Below, in pieces: positions 28,186 to 42,824 of a stretch of 64,000 bases of DNA; the first letter of the stretch is position 1, and each line of letters opens with the position of its first letter. The DNA lies in sequence record OM632670.1. One strand, given 5' to 3'. The notes under the pieces were generated by a model. It ran no database searches. It was not told where the DNA came from and was given only the letters and a program-made list of their open reading frames with translations. Made by a program: the position numbers and the translations under genes. Source of the stretch: Escherichia phage BEU44.

Positions 28186-28572
28186 CTAGAACGTTCCCCA
28201 GTAGTTGAAATCATCCCCTAAGTAACTTTTCCATGCTAAGTCAAAGGAACAGTTACCAGTGGCATTTTCAAACATAGAGGCCATAACAGAATCATCAATA
28301 CCAGCTAATCCACAACCTACACGAGTAACTTTAAAGTTAAGTTCTGGATGATTAGCAGCATAGACAATGAAGGCTTTTACAAATGTACGAATGTCTTCAA
28401 TAGTCATCGTTTTGATATTGGTATCTTTAGTGGGAATGGCATAGCTGTCACCATAATGACCATGCCCTTTACCCCATCTGGCTCCATGTTTCTTATATGC
28501 TGTCTTTGCAGCACCAGCACCATGTACACCAGCTAGGTTAGAACCAAATACGAATACTTCTTTCATTTGCAT
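28186..28572 (-). CDS. hypothetical protein with Gly-rich motif
   Basis: 128 aa; FGSNLAGVHGAGAAKTA...GKGHGHYGDSYAIPT motif; family not assigned. Confidence 0.4.
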   Translation of the reverse strand: MQMKEVFVFGSNLAGVHGAGAAKTAYKKHGARWGKGHGHYGDSYAIPTKDTNIKTMTIEDIRTFVKAFIVYAANHPELNFKVTRVGCGLAGIDDSVMASMFENATGNCSFDLAWKSYLGDDFNYWGTF

Positions 28573-28763
28573 AATCTCCTTATATATTTGTAAGCCTCAA
28601 GTGGAGCCATACCTAAATTCTCAACAGGTACAATCATTTCTTGAAGTGCATATTCATGGTCACGTTGTTCTTTCTTGGTTCTACAATGACCACACTTACC
28701 ATCCCATTGGGATATATAGCCTTTACCACATTTGCATTGTTTACCCATTAGGATTTTCCACAA
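28563..28763 (-). CDS. small zinc-ribbon-like protein
   Basis: 66 aa; CKCGKG...CGHC four-Cys arrangement. Confidence 0.3.
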   Translation of the reverse strand: MWKILMGKQCKCGKGYISQWDGKCGHCRTKKEQRDHEYALQEMIVPVENLGMAPLEAYKYIRRLCK

Positions 28764-29109
28764 AGTAGTTATACATAGCTTTTACTAACTTCTCTTTAAT
28801 AACCTCGCCATGACAAGGTTTTGGATAACAGAAGCATTGTAAAGCTAATCCTTTTTCATCAATGGCTTTATTACCAAGACGATTTAATTCATCCAGTACA
28901 ACTGGATTACCTTTATCAATCTGTTCTTGTAGCCATACTTTATATTTGGCAATTACTTCTTCTCTGGTTCCATCTTTACCAATAACGAATGGATTACCCA
29001 GAGGAGAACCACGCCCAATATATTCACCCTTTTTACCATGATGTTTATTAACAATGATAATAGGTCTGGCTGACACCCCAAACAGAGCATTAGTGTTATC
29101 ACCTAACAT
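28741..29109 (-). CDS. hypothetical protein, DUF4326-like
   Basis: 122 aa; IGRGSPLGNPF motif recalled for DUF4326. Confidence 0.3.
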   Translation of the reverse strand: MLGDNTNALFGVSARPIIIVNKHHGKKGEYIGRGSPLGNPFVIGKDGTREEVIAKYKVWLQEQIDKGNPVVLDELNRLGNKAIDEKGLALQCFCYPKPCHGEVIKEKLVKAMYNYFVENPNG

Positions 29110-29111
29110 AG

Positions 29112-29432
29112 TTAACTCCTTGATTTAACTACCTGAAATGCATATACAGGTCTTCTGGATTTCCATTGACTCATAGCCAATTCACTTGGTTCTGAGCCAT
29201 CATGTAAGTCATAAATAAATGAAATTACATAATCAGGTTCTTCAGGGAAATTATCTGTAGAGAAGGGTAAACTGGCTTCTTTCAGAATGGGAACTAGTGG
29301 TGAATTAGCATCACAATATAGAGTAAATTCTTCTTTAAATGCTGGAGTTGTCTGAGCTACATAATCAATATTACGCATCATTTTATCAACATCATTAAAA
29401 TCAGCATCATGAACAATTAATATTGTTTTCAT
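29112..29432 (-). CDS. hypothetical protein (106 aa)
   Basis: ATG at 29430-29432 overlapping upstream stop by 1 nt. Confidence 0.3.
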   Translation of the reverse strand: MKTILIVHDADFNDVDKMMRNIDYVAQTTPAFKEEFTLYCDANSPLVPILKEASLPFSTDNFPEEPDYVISFIYDLHDGSEPSELAMSQWKSRRPVYAFQVVKSRS

Positions 29433-29608
29433 TATTTCACCGTAATACTTTCCAGATATTCTTCAAAATCTTTCTTAGACTGATAAAGTCGAATACGAGC
29501 TTTATTCTGGTCAGGGAAAGTTTTTGCTTCATTAAATGCCTTCATAGCACTAAGGCAGTTGAAGGCTAACTGTTTAATAGCCATAGCCTGGGATTCACTG
29601 ATTCCCAT
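29432..29608 (-). CDS. small protein (58 aa), not in ORF track
   Basis: Hand translation MGISESQAMAIKQLAFNCLSAMKAFNEAKTFPDQNKARIRLYQSKKDFEEYLESITVK; ATG 29606-29608 preceded by GGAGG; TAATG overlap with next gene. Confidence 0.4.
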   Translation of the reverse strand: MGISESQAMAIKQLAFNCLSAMKAFNEAKTFPDQNKARIRLYQSKKDFEEYLESITVK

Positions 29609-29930
29609 TAAGAGCCTCCATAATAATCTTACGGATTACATTCACTTCCAGTTCATTACCAATGAGGCCAACTGGTTTGTCAGTAGCATCCATAATGAAT
29701 TTAGCAATTCGTTCCATTTCAGCCGTAATGAGCTTGTCACCGCTTACCAAACGGTTACGAAGATATGCCTCATAAGCTGCTGCTATATCTTCATCCGTGG
29801 TTCTCTCATTTTTCTGGAATGGATTGCTCAAAGGCATTGGATAATGAATACGAATATTCCTGTCAGCAATACGAGCTTTATGCTGTGGGATAGCAATGAT
29901 TTGGTTCATAGAAGTCCTTCTAACATACAT
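29595..29930 (-). CDS. hypothetical protein (111 aa)
   Basis: ORF in early-gene cluster; contains LSNPF. Confidence 0.3.
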   Translation of the reverse strand: MYVRRTSMNQIIAIPQHKARIADRNIRIHYPMPLSNPFQKNERTTDEDIAAAYEAYLRNRLVSGDKLITAEMERIAKFIMDATDKPVGLIGNELEVNVIRKIIMEALNGNQ

Positions 29931-30121
29931 GCTTTCATAATTGCATCACGAAGCAATCCTGCACATGCAGGAGTCTTTCCTGTAGCAATATGAGTTACGT
30001 AATAGGTCTTGGATTTCTCTCCACGATGTAATTCATAGATTGGCTTGCCATAAACGAGAAATAACCAAGAACCTCTTACTTGATTGCGTTTAATCTTATA
30101 ACCGTAGTTTAACTGTTCCAT
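29906..30121 (-). CDS. hypothetical protein (71 aa)
   Basis: ORF in early-gene cluster. Confidence 0.3.
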   Translation of the reverse strand: MEQLNYGYKIKRNQVRGSWLFLVYGKPIYELHRGEKSKTYYVTHIATGKTPACAGLLRDAIMKACMLEGLL

Positions 30122-30157
30122 TATTCCTTCCTCTAAGATAGTTGCTTAATAACCACG

Positions 30158-30190
30158 ATAAAAATAAGAAGAGGGCTTAGTAGCCCCCTC
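30158..30190 (-). terminator. putative intrinsic terminator
   Basis: GC-rich stem gaggg/ccctc (30171-30175, 30186-30190) preceded on plus by ataaaaataagaa = U-rich on minus transcript; just after stop at 30195. Confidence 0.4.
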
Positions 30191-30194
30191 CTAT

Positions 30195-30404
30195 TTATGC
30201 TCGTTGTCTTAATGGGTGTAATGCTTGCATCTTACTGACTGCTTCTCTAAGCACTACTGCATCACGATGAATTATTGCTTGTGGGTTATTGGCATAACCA
30301 TTACGGCAGTCTTCTTCAATAATATTAGTTATCTCTGCTAACAATGCATAATCACCATATACACGGAGAAGACGTTCTAAGTCTTTCTTATCCTTAGTTT
30401 GCAT
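30195..30404 (-). CDS. hypothetical protein (69 aa)
   Basis: ATG at 30402-30404. Confidence 0.3.
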   Translation of the reverse strand: MQTKDKKDLERLLRVYGDYALLAEITNIIEEDCRNGYANNPQAIIHRDAVVLREAVSKMQALHPLRQRA

Positions 30405-30562
30405 TACATACCCTTAATAGCTGGATGGTTGAAAGTAACAATACGACGTACTGGTTCAGACGTACTATAACGTTCTGCAAACGTTACTGCTTTATTCATC
30501 TGACGTTTAGCTTTCATCTTAGCAACGTCTTCTTTGGTTCCCATGATTAGTGATTTACGCAT
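30404..30562 (-). CDS. small basic protein (52 aa), not in ORF track
   Basis: Hand translation MRKSLIMGTKEDVAKMKAKRQMNKAVTFAERYSTSEPVRRIVTFNHPAIKGM; ATG 30560-30562 with AAGGA SD; TAATG overlap with next gene. Confidence 0.35.
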   Translation of the reverse strand: MRKSLIMGTKEDVAKMKAKRQMNKAVTFAERYSTSEPVRRIVTFNHPAIKGM

Positions 30563-30572
30563 TACCTTATCC

Positions 30573-30770
30573 TTATTTAATTACAGTAACTAATTTAATC
30601 TTCTTACGTTGGTTCAATTTCTTGGTTAACTTAATAGCTTTATCTTTCTCAAATTCTTTAAAGCTAGTTAATGTTTTCCATTTGAACCATTTAAAGCCTT
30701 GCACTTTATAGCTAATGATTTCATTACCCCTGGTATCAAGAGCATTAACCATTACTGTTCTGAATTTCAT
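30573..30770 (-). CDS. hypothetical protein (65 aa)
   Basis: ORF in early-gene cluster. Confidence 0.3.
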   Translation of the reverse strand: MKFRTVMVNALDTRGNEIISYKVQGFKWFKWKTLTSFKEFEKDKAIKLTKKLNQRKKIKLVTVIK

Positions 30771-31182
30771 TGTTAAACCCTAATTTTGGTATCAGGTTAA
30801 TTAACTGGTCTGCCATGCTTTCACATTCATTGATGCAGTATTCTTCATCTCGCCATACTCCATAAGAATCCTCATAGAGTTTCTCCCTAAGAGAGCCGAT
30901 GAATTGTTTAGGACATTTCAGTTTATCCCCTGCATGAGCACAGTCATAACCTATGACTTTAATCCCATCAGCCCACTGAGGGACACCTTGATAGGTAACT
31001 CCACCATGTACTGCAATATGAAGTGTTTCTTCATCATCACAGATATAGTCATAGAAGTTTTTATCCAGTAATGCTTCTGGTATTTCTACGTAACCACAAT
31101 GATGACTACCACCATTTACCAGCAATACCCATGCCTTCAGCCCAGCCTTAGAAGTCCAATGTTTTACGATTTCATATGACAT
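30745..31182 (-). CDS. hypothetical protein (145 aa), His/Cys-rich
   Basis: HHCGYV, HGGVTY and GYDCAHAGD suggest metal binding; family not assigned. Confidence 0.35.
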   Translation of the reverse strand: MSYEIVKHWTSKAGLKAWVLLVNGGSHHCGYVEIPEALLDKNFYDYICDDEETLHIAVHGGVTYQGVPQWADGIKVIGYDCAHAGDKLKCPKQFIGSLREKLYEDSYGVWRDEEYCINECESMADQLINLIPKLGFNNEIQNSNG

Positions 31183-31185
31183 AAT

Positions 31186-31542
31186 TTACTTACTCTCCAA
31201 CTGACTCTTAATCCAATTAATTCGACTTTGGTTCAGATGACATCTTCCATCAGAACACTCCATCATGTAGTCGAGAACATCTACATTGAATGGTAGATTT
31301 GTATCATTATCAGGAAGTAAATGAGTAAAGCTCTTACACAGAGCATCTACTGTTTCTTCACTGATTGGCTGTCTTCTAAGATACTTGCCTAGTTGAACAC
31401 ACAGTCCACTACCCCTATCAAACAGGTAATGAGGTTCACTGGCTCCATTATCTAACCACTCCTGATAGTCCATCAGGAATCGTTTTATAAGAGGATGCAT
31501 CTGTATACTCCTTCTTCTAAAACATCTGCTCAAACTATCCAT
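31186..31542 (-). CDS. hypothetical protein (118 aa)
   Basis: ORF in early-gene cluster. Confidence 0.35.
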   Translation of the reverse strand: MDSLSRCFRRRSIQMHPLIKRFLMDYQEWLDNGASEPHYLFDRGSGLCVQLGKYLRRQPISEETVDALCKSFTHLLPDNDTNLPFNVDVLDYMMECSDGRCHLNQSRINWIKSQLESK

Positions 31543-31603
31543 TACTTTTTAGTATCCCTTCGTCGAAAAGGGTCAAAATCTCTACTTTAGTATTTAGATA
31601 GTT

Positions 31604-31635
31604 AAAATTAAAAAGGACTACCCGAAGGTAGTCCT
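31604..31635 (-). terminator. intrinsic terminator
   Basis: 9-bp stem aggactacc/ggtagtcct (31614-31622, 31627-31635), CGAA loop, preceded on plus by aaaattaaaa; 8 nt after stop at 31643. Confidence 0.6.
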
Positions 31636-31642
31636 ATAGAGA

Positions 31643-32029
31643 TTAGAAAGTCAGTTTACGAGCATATTTATTCTCACTTGCTGAGATAGCAGGAGCTTCT
31701 TCTTTAACTCGACGAAGTTGAACTTGCAGTGAGATAACTCCTTCCTGACCTGGTTCCAGAGTCTTAGCAAATTCCATCAGTTGGTCTAACAAATCGTTCT
31801 GTGCACAACGCATTGCACGGAAGTCTTCGTTAGAGGAATTGGTTGGCAGATGCTCCTGAGTATCCAGTGGAATACCAGTAGGCAGAGAGATGAAACGTTC
31901 ATCTTCAGTGCCTTCATTAGCTACATAGCCAACGTTAATCCAGAACTGAGCTTTCGGGCGAGAACCATTGTTGGATTCAGTTTTAGTAGAAGCCTGACCA
32001 AAGGTTTTAGCAAAAGTAGTGATAGCCAT
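31643..32029 (-). CDS. early protein (128 aa), second gene from inferred left end
   Basis: ATG at 32027-32029 with GGAGAG SD; longest ORF starts TTG at 32140 inside the promoter hairpin. Confidence 0.45.
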
Positions 32030-32136
32030 TTTGTACTCTCCAGATAGTTGATTTTGATTAGTTGAGACTACTTTGTCGGTAAGTAATCCCAGACAAAAGG
32101 TTAAGATTTCATACAGGATTGGATGCATTACTTCAT

Positions 32137-32157
32137 CCAAAAGAAGCGGAGCTTCTT
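32137..32157 (-). promoter_or_regulatory. hairpin promoter of N4 virion-RNAP type (P2-like)
   Basis: catccaaaagaagcggagcttctt: 7-bp stem aagaagc/gcttctt (32141-32147, 32151-32157), loop gga; matches the N4 P2 promoter sequence as I recall it; predicted +1 near 32138 for leftward transcription. Confidence 0.65.
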
Positions 32158-32197
32158 ATCTTTAAAGTAGATAGTTATTGAACTATCGGTTCTATGT

Positions 32198-32221
32198 AAA
32201 AGGAGACTCCGAGGAGCCTCC
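32198..32221 (-). terminator. putative intrinsic terminator
   Basis: Minus transcript ggaggcuccucggagucucc followed by uuuu (plus A-run 32198-32201); lies between gene ending 32234 and promoter at 32137. Confidence 0.45.
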
Positions 32222-32233
32222 ATTTGTTTGTTA

Positions 32234-32560
32234 TTATTTAGAGTCTGCTAAGATTTTGCTAAGACGGTCATAGGCATTAGAGAACAATTCTTTGTTTTGT
32301 TCATCTTTGCAGAAGTCTAAGATTTGTTTCTGACGAATAGCTTCTTGCATTGCAGTTTCTTCAATAAGTTTATTGGTAAACTCATGCATTTCTAATTTGT
32401 CACGAATGATTTGTTTATCTGCTTGTTTAGTTACATAACGATTAAGCATACCTACTGCTTTAGTAGCAGTACCGAATGTATCAGCTACAGTAGTTGCTGC
32501 TTCATTAACAGTACCCAACAGAGTTCCTACAGTCATACGAACGTTAGCCTGAGTAGTCAT
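32234..32560 (-). CDS. early protein (108 aa), first gene from inferred left end
   Basis: ATG at 32558-32560 with GGAGG SD; longest ORF starts TTG at 32623 inside the promoter hairpin. Confidence 0.45.
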   Translation of the reverse strand: MTTQANVRMTVGTLLGTVNEAATTVADTFGTATKAVGMLNRYVTKQADKQIIRDKLEMHEFTNKLIEETAMQEAIRQKQILDFCKDEQNKELFSNAYDRLSKILADSK

Positions 32561-32605
32561 AGTATTAGCCTCCAATAGTTGATTGATAAGATACGGACAA
32601 CATGT

Positions 32606-32624
32606 CCATAAGTTGCGAAGCAAC
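32606..32624 (-). promoter_or_regulatory. hairpin promoter of N4 virion-RNAP type (P1-like)
   Basis: ccataag + stem gttgc/gcaac (32612-32616, 32620-32624) with loop gaa; same spacing and CCA..AAG element as the other two; 47 nt upstream of ATG at 32560. Confidence 0.55.
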
Positions 32625-32673
32625 GTGTAACGTGTACAAGGTGGGGTAGGCTAAGGCTACACTAGTAAAGACC

Positions 32674-32681
32674 GGGGGGGG
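32674..32681. repeat. G8 homopolymer tract in ORF-free G-rich region
   Basis: accgggggggg at 32671-32681 within otherwise AT-rich genome; near acgtgta and aggcta tandem duplications. Confidence 0.5.
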
Positions 32682-32927
32682 TGCTTATGGTGTAAGGGGT
32701 GTAGCCCCACCAAATACTAAACTCACAAGTAACTATGACTATTTTCACTAAGAAAAAAATTATAGGGTATCTATCTAATAGACTTCCTATTTATCTCTTA
32801 TAAATACTAACAACTTCATACAACTTACCTTCTATAAGAATAGGATGACCTACTTCTATGAAGGCCAGGCTATCTATCATCACTGGTTCGGATAAACCTT
32901 TAACTGTTATATACCACATAGCTTTCC

Positions 32928-33293
32928 TTATTTATAAGCAGATAACTTTGAAGTCTCTCTGAAGTAGAAAGTAACTGCATGATTAAAGTGATTCTGTTCT
33001 ACCACTGGTTCAAAGCCTTTTGGTGCCAGGAAGTAAATGACTTCGTTATTCCATGCATTAGTAGGTATTGCCACTTTCTTCCTTGGTTCAAGAAGAATGG
33101 TACTAATGTCTTTACCTTCTAAGAACCAGTTACCTAGTAGAGCATGGGTATCATCCGATTCAGGTAAGTAAAGAGGTTTGGTATTACCACACATAGCATG
33201 GAATAGATTGGTGGAACCACAGTGAAATAGAGCAGGTTTGTTTGTAGTGTACTCTAGGTTGATACCATAGACTTCATTAGGACGAATGTTCAT
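32928..33293 (-). CDS. hypothetical protein (121 aa)
   Basis: ATG at 33291-33293. Confidence 0.35.
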   Translation of the reverse strand: MNIRPNEVYGINLEYTTNKPALFHCGSTNLFHAMCGNTKPLYLPESDDTHALLGNWFLEGKDISTILLEPRKKVAIPTNAWNNEVIYFLAPKGFEPVVEQNHFNHAVTFYFRETSKLSAYK

Positions 33294-33312
33294 ATAGAAC
33301 TCCTTGGTTCAT

Positions 33313-33340
33313 AAAAGAAAAAGGGAGCCAAATGGCTCCC
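33313..33340 (-). terminator. intrinsic terminator
   Basis: 7-bp stem gggagcc/ggctccc (33323-33329, 33334-33340), loop aaat, preceded on plus by aaaagaaaaa = U-run on minus transcript. Confidence 0.55.
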
Positions 33341-33503
33341 AATTCCTATACCGAGTGTGTTTGTTAAATCAGTTCTCTCTGATACTACTCATCACCCAAT
33401 GGCAGATAACAAAGGTGTCTTGGAGATAGGTGAATGTAGCTGAAGTGGTTATTCAAACAGTTCCCTGTTTCCCGCCACCAACTCCTGGGCGGGCAATGGC
33501 TTA

Positions 33504-33845
33504 TCAAGCAACCACGGTCATCTCGATGGCGTCACGCTGTCGTTTGATAGAGATACTTTGAGGTATTCTTGTAAAGAATGCAAGACCCTCGATAGGCTTG
33601 GTAATGACACGTACTGGTGCAGGTTTATGGACAGTAAACCCAGTGACGTTATTGATTAACATCATACCTGAGATGTAATGGAAAGACTCCTCATCGTGAC
33701 ATAAGATATGGTCACCTGGTATAGCCCCTCCAACTGGGATAGCTCCACCTATTTTACTGAAGTCTATCTCATTCCATTGGTCATTACCGTCAAAACTATA
33801 GAATAGCCTCATGTTACTGGTTCCTTTGGGCAATAGGCTCCCCAT
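33504..33845 (-). CDS. hypothetical protein (113 aa)
   Basis: ATG at 33843-33845; divergent from late operon. Confidence 0.35.
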   Translation of the reverse strand: MGSLLPKGTSNMRLFYSFDGNDQWNEIDFSKIGGAIPVGGAIPGDHILCHDEESFHYISGMMLINNVTGFTVHKPAPVRVITKPIEGLAFFTRIPQSISIKRQRDAIEMTVVA

Positions 33846-33972
33846 GTCTCTGTCTTACTATTGTAAGGAGACTAAAGAAAGTCTAAAGTCTAAATCTATG
33901 TATAGGTTTCTGCAAGGGGTGCTAACCCCAAGAAAAGAATCCTCTTCACTCTAGATAATTTGTAGGAAGACT

Positions 33973-34665
33973 ATGAGCACACTACTGACTAAGAAAGACA
34001 TTGTTTCTGCATTGCCTCCCCAGTTTAAAAGCAGTGTTACTGACCAACTGGTAAACATGATTAACAATGTGACCCAAGACCAGACAGCAGCAGAGCAAAT
34101 TAGAAATAACTTTGTGACTTATGCTGGGGTGATGAAGGATGGGAAGTTTAAGACCCAGGATTATCTTAATGCTGTTCAATATGTTACTTACAAACACATG
34201 GGGTATAGTAACAAAGATGCTTATTTCAAAACATTCCCCAACAGACAAGCTGAATTAGTAGCAAGAGGAACCAGTGAGAAGGACATCTCTGCTTATGTAT
34301 CTGCTTACCATAGAGGTAAGTTAGTAAACCTCATTATGGAACAATCACTGATTCCAGTATGGATTGTTAATCAGGATTTGTTTCAGGAAGCATTGAACCA
34401 TCAGGCATGGCTCATGAAGAATGCTACCAGTGAGAAGGTACAGTGTGATGCTGCCAACTCTATCCTTACTCACCTCCAGAAACCGAAGGATGCTGTTACT
34501 AATATCAATCTGGATTTGAGAGAAAACTCTGGATTGACTGAACTCAAGAATACACTAACCCAGTTGGCTGAAGCTCAGAAAGCAGCTATTGAAGCTGGTA
34601 CACCTACTAAAGTAATTGCAGGTTCCACACTGGTTCGAGAAGACGAGGATATTATTGATGTCTGA
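33973..34665 (+). CDS. hypothetical protein, candidate terminase small subunit by position
   Basis: 230 aa; ATG at 33973 with AGGAAG SD; immediately upstream of and overlapping terminase large subunit. Confidence 0.3.
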   Translation: MSTLLTKKDIVSALPPQFKSSVTDQLVNMINNVTQDQTAAEQIRNNFVTYAGVMKDGKFKTQDYLNAVQYVTYKHMGYSNKDAYFKTFPNRQAELVARGTSEKDISAYVSAYHRGKLVNLIMEQSLIPVWIVNQDLFQEALNHQAWLMKNATSEKVQCDAANSILTHLQKPKDAVTNINLDLRENSGLTELKNTLTQLAEAQKAAIEAGTPTKVIAGSTLVREDEDIIDV

Positions 34666-36250
34666 ACTAATTAAACAGGAGTTGGATGAATGGCTAGACC
34701 AAGTGGACTATTCCGTTCTGAATACCCCTACGTATATACCAACCGAGTTTGCACTGACCTTTGCTAACTTTATTAAGCTGGTTAATGGTAAGGAGGGGGA
34801 ATCAAACAAAACCCCTCCTGTTCACTTAAAAATGCTGGATAAGATAACCAGTAAGAATCAGTACATTGCTAACTTATGTTTCCGTGGTGCAGCAAAGACA
34901 ACTCTGTTCATGGAATACTTTACTTTGTTCTTAGCAGTGTTTGGGCATCTACCTAGCTTGGGTAAAGTAGAAGGAATGATTTATGTGTCTGACTCTATGG
35001 ATAACGGTGTTAAGTCTGCCCGTAAGAACATTGAGTTTCGATACAACAATTCACCATTCCTGCAACAATGGATTCCTAAAGCTACCTTCACAGATAACTA
35101 CCTTGAGTTTGTAAATGCTGAAGGTCACCGTCTTGGTGTGAAGATGTTTGGTGCTAAGACGGGTCTTCGCGGTACTAAGATTTTTGGTAAACGTCCTGTT
35201 CTGTGTGTACTGGATGACTTAGTTAGTGATGATGATGCTCGCTCACGTACATCAATGGAAGCCATTAAAGACACGGTATATAAGGGTGTGAACCATGCTC
35301 TCGACCCAACAAGACGTAAGGTAATCTTTAATGGTACTCCCTTTAATAAGGAAGATATTCTTATTGAAGCAGTTGAATCCGGTGCTTGGGATGTCAACGT
35401 ATGGCCTGTATGTGAGAAATTCCCATGTACGCGAGAAGAATTTCAAGGTGCTTGGGAAGACCGTTTCTCCTATGACTACATCAATGACCAATACCAGATG
35501 GCATTGAAGACAGGTAAGCTGGCATCCTTTTATCAGGAATTGATGTTACGTATCAGCTCTGAAGATGAACGTCTGATTCAAGATTCAGAGATTAAATGGT
35601 ATTCCCGTACGCAGCTATTACGTCTACGTTCTTGTTATAACTTTTATATCACTACTGACTTTGCTACTAGTGAGAAGCAGGTATCTGACTACTCTGTAAT
35701 ATCAGTATGGGCATATGGTTCTAACGGTGACTGGTTCTGGGTAGATGGTATTGCTTGCCGTCAAACTATGGATAAGAACTTTGATGACTTATTCCGTCTG
35801 GTTCAGGAATACCAACCACAACAAGTTGGTGTAGAAACTACCGGACAGCAAGGTGGTTTTATTTCTCTTCTTCAGAAGGAAATGCTTAACCGTAATGTGT
35901 TCTTTAACTTTGCATCCAGTCGTGGAGGCCAACCGGGTATTCATCCTGTAACCAGTAAGCTATCAAGGTTTAACCTCGTGGTTCCCTGGTTCAAAGCTGG
36001 TAAGATGTATTTTCCTGCTGAGATGAAAGATAGCCCAATCATGACACTCTTTATGGGGCAAATTCGTTTAGCCACTATCAATGGTCTTAAAGGTAAGGAT
36101 GACTGTATTGATACCATTTCAATGCTTGGCTACCTGAACCCGTGGAAACCACAAGCAGGTATGGTTCCAGTTAATACATCAGGTGACCCATTGTGGGATG
36201 ATGGTGATGATACTGGAAGTGTTAACCCACTCTCTTCATATATTGTGTGA
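34658..36250 (+). CDS. terL: terminase large subunit
   Basis: Walker A-like FRGAAKTT, Walker B-like VLCVLDDLVSDDD, C-terminal nuclease-like region; ATG at 34658 with GAGGA SD (longest ORF starts TTG 34616). Confidence 0.65.
   Translation: MSELIKQELDEWLDQVDYSVLNTPTYIPTEFALTFANFIKLVNGKEGESNKTPPVHLKMLDKITSKNQYIANLCFRGAAKTTLFMEYFTLFLAVFGHLPSLGKVEGMIYVSDSMDNGVKSARKNIEFRYNNSPFLQQWIPKATFTDNYLEFVNAEGHRLGVKMFGAKTGLRGTKIFGKRPVLCVLDDLVSDDDARSRTSMEAIKDTVYKGVNHALDPTRRKVIFNGTPFNKEDILIEAVESGAWDVNVWPVCEKFPCTREEFQGAWEDRFSYDYINDQYQMALKTGKLASFYQELMLRISSEDERLIQDSEIKWYSRTQLLRLRSCYNFYITTDFATSEKQVSDYSVISVWAYGSNGDWFWVDGIACRQTMDKNFDDLFRLVQEYQPQQVGVETTGQQGGFISLLQKEMLNRNVFFNFASSRGGQPGIHPVTSKLSRFNLVVPWFKAGKMYFPAEMKDSPIMTLFMGQIRLATINGLKGKDDCIDTISMLGYLNPWKPQAGMVPVNTSGDPLWDDGDDTGSVNPLSSYIV

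Positions 36251-42824
<6,574 letters not shown>

Noticed and set aside
29559-29993. 144-aa plus-strand ORF
   Set aside because: Antisense to two minus-strand ORFs that fit the coupled early-gene pattern; no SD.
32694-32709. GC hairpin aaggggtgtagcccca as a fourth vRNAP promoter
   Set aside because: Lacks the CCA[A/T]AAG element and the G(G/A)A loop shared by the three accepted hairpin promoters.
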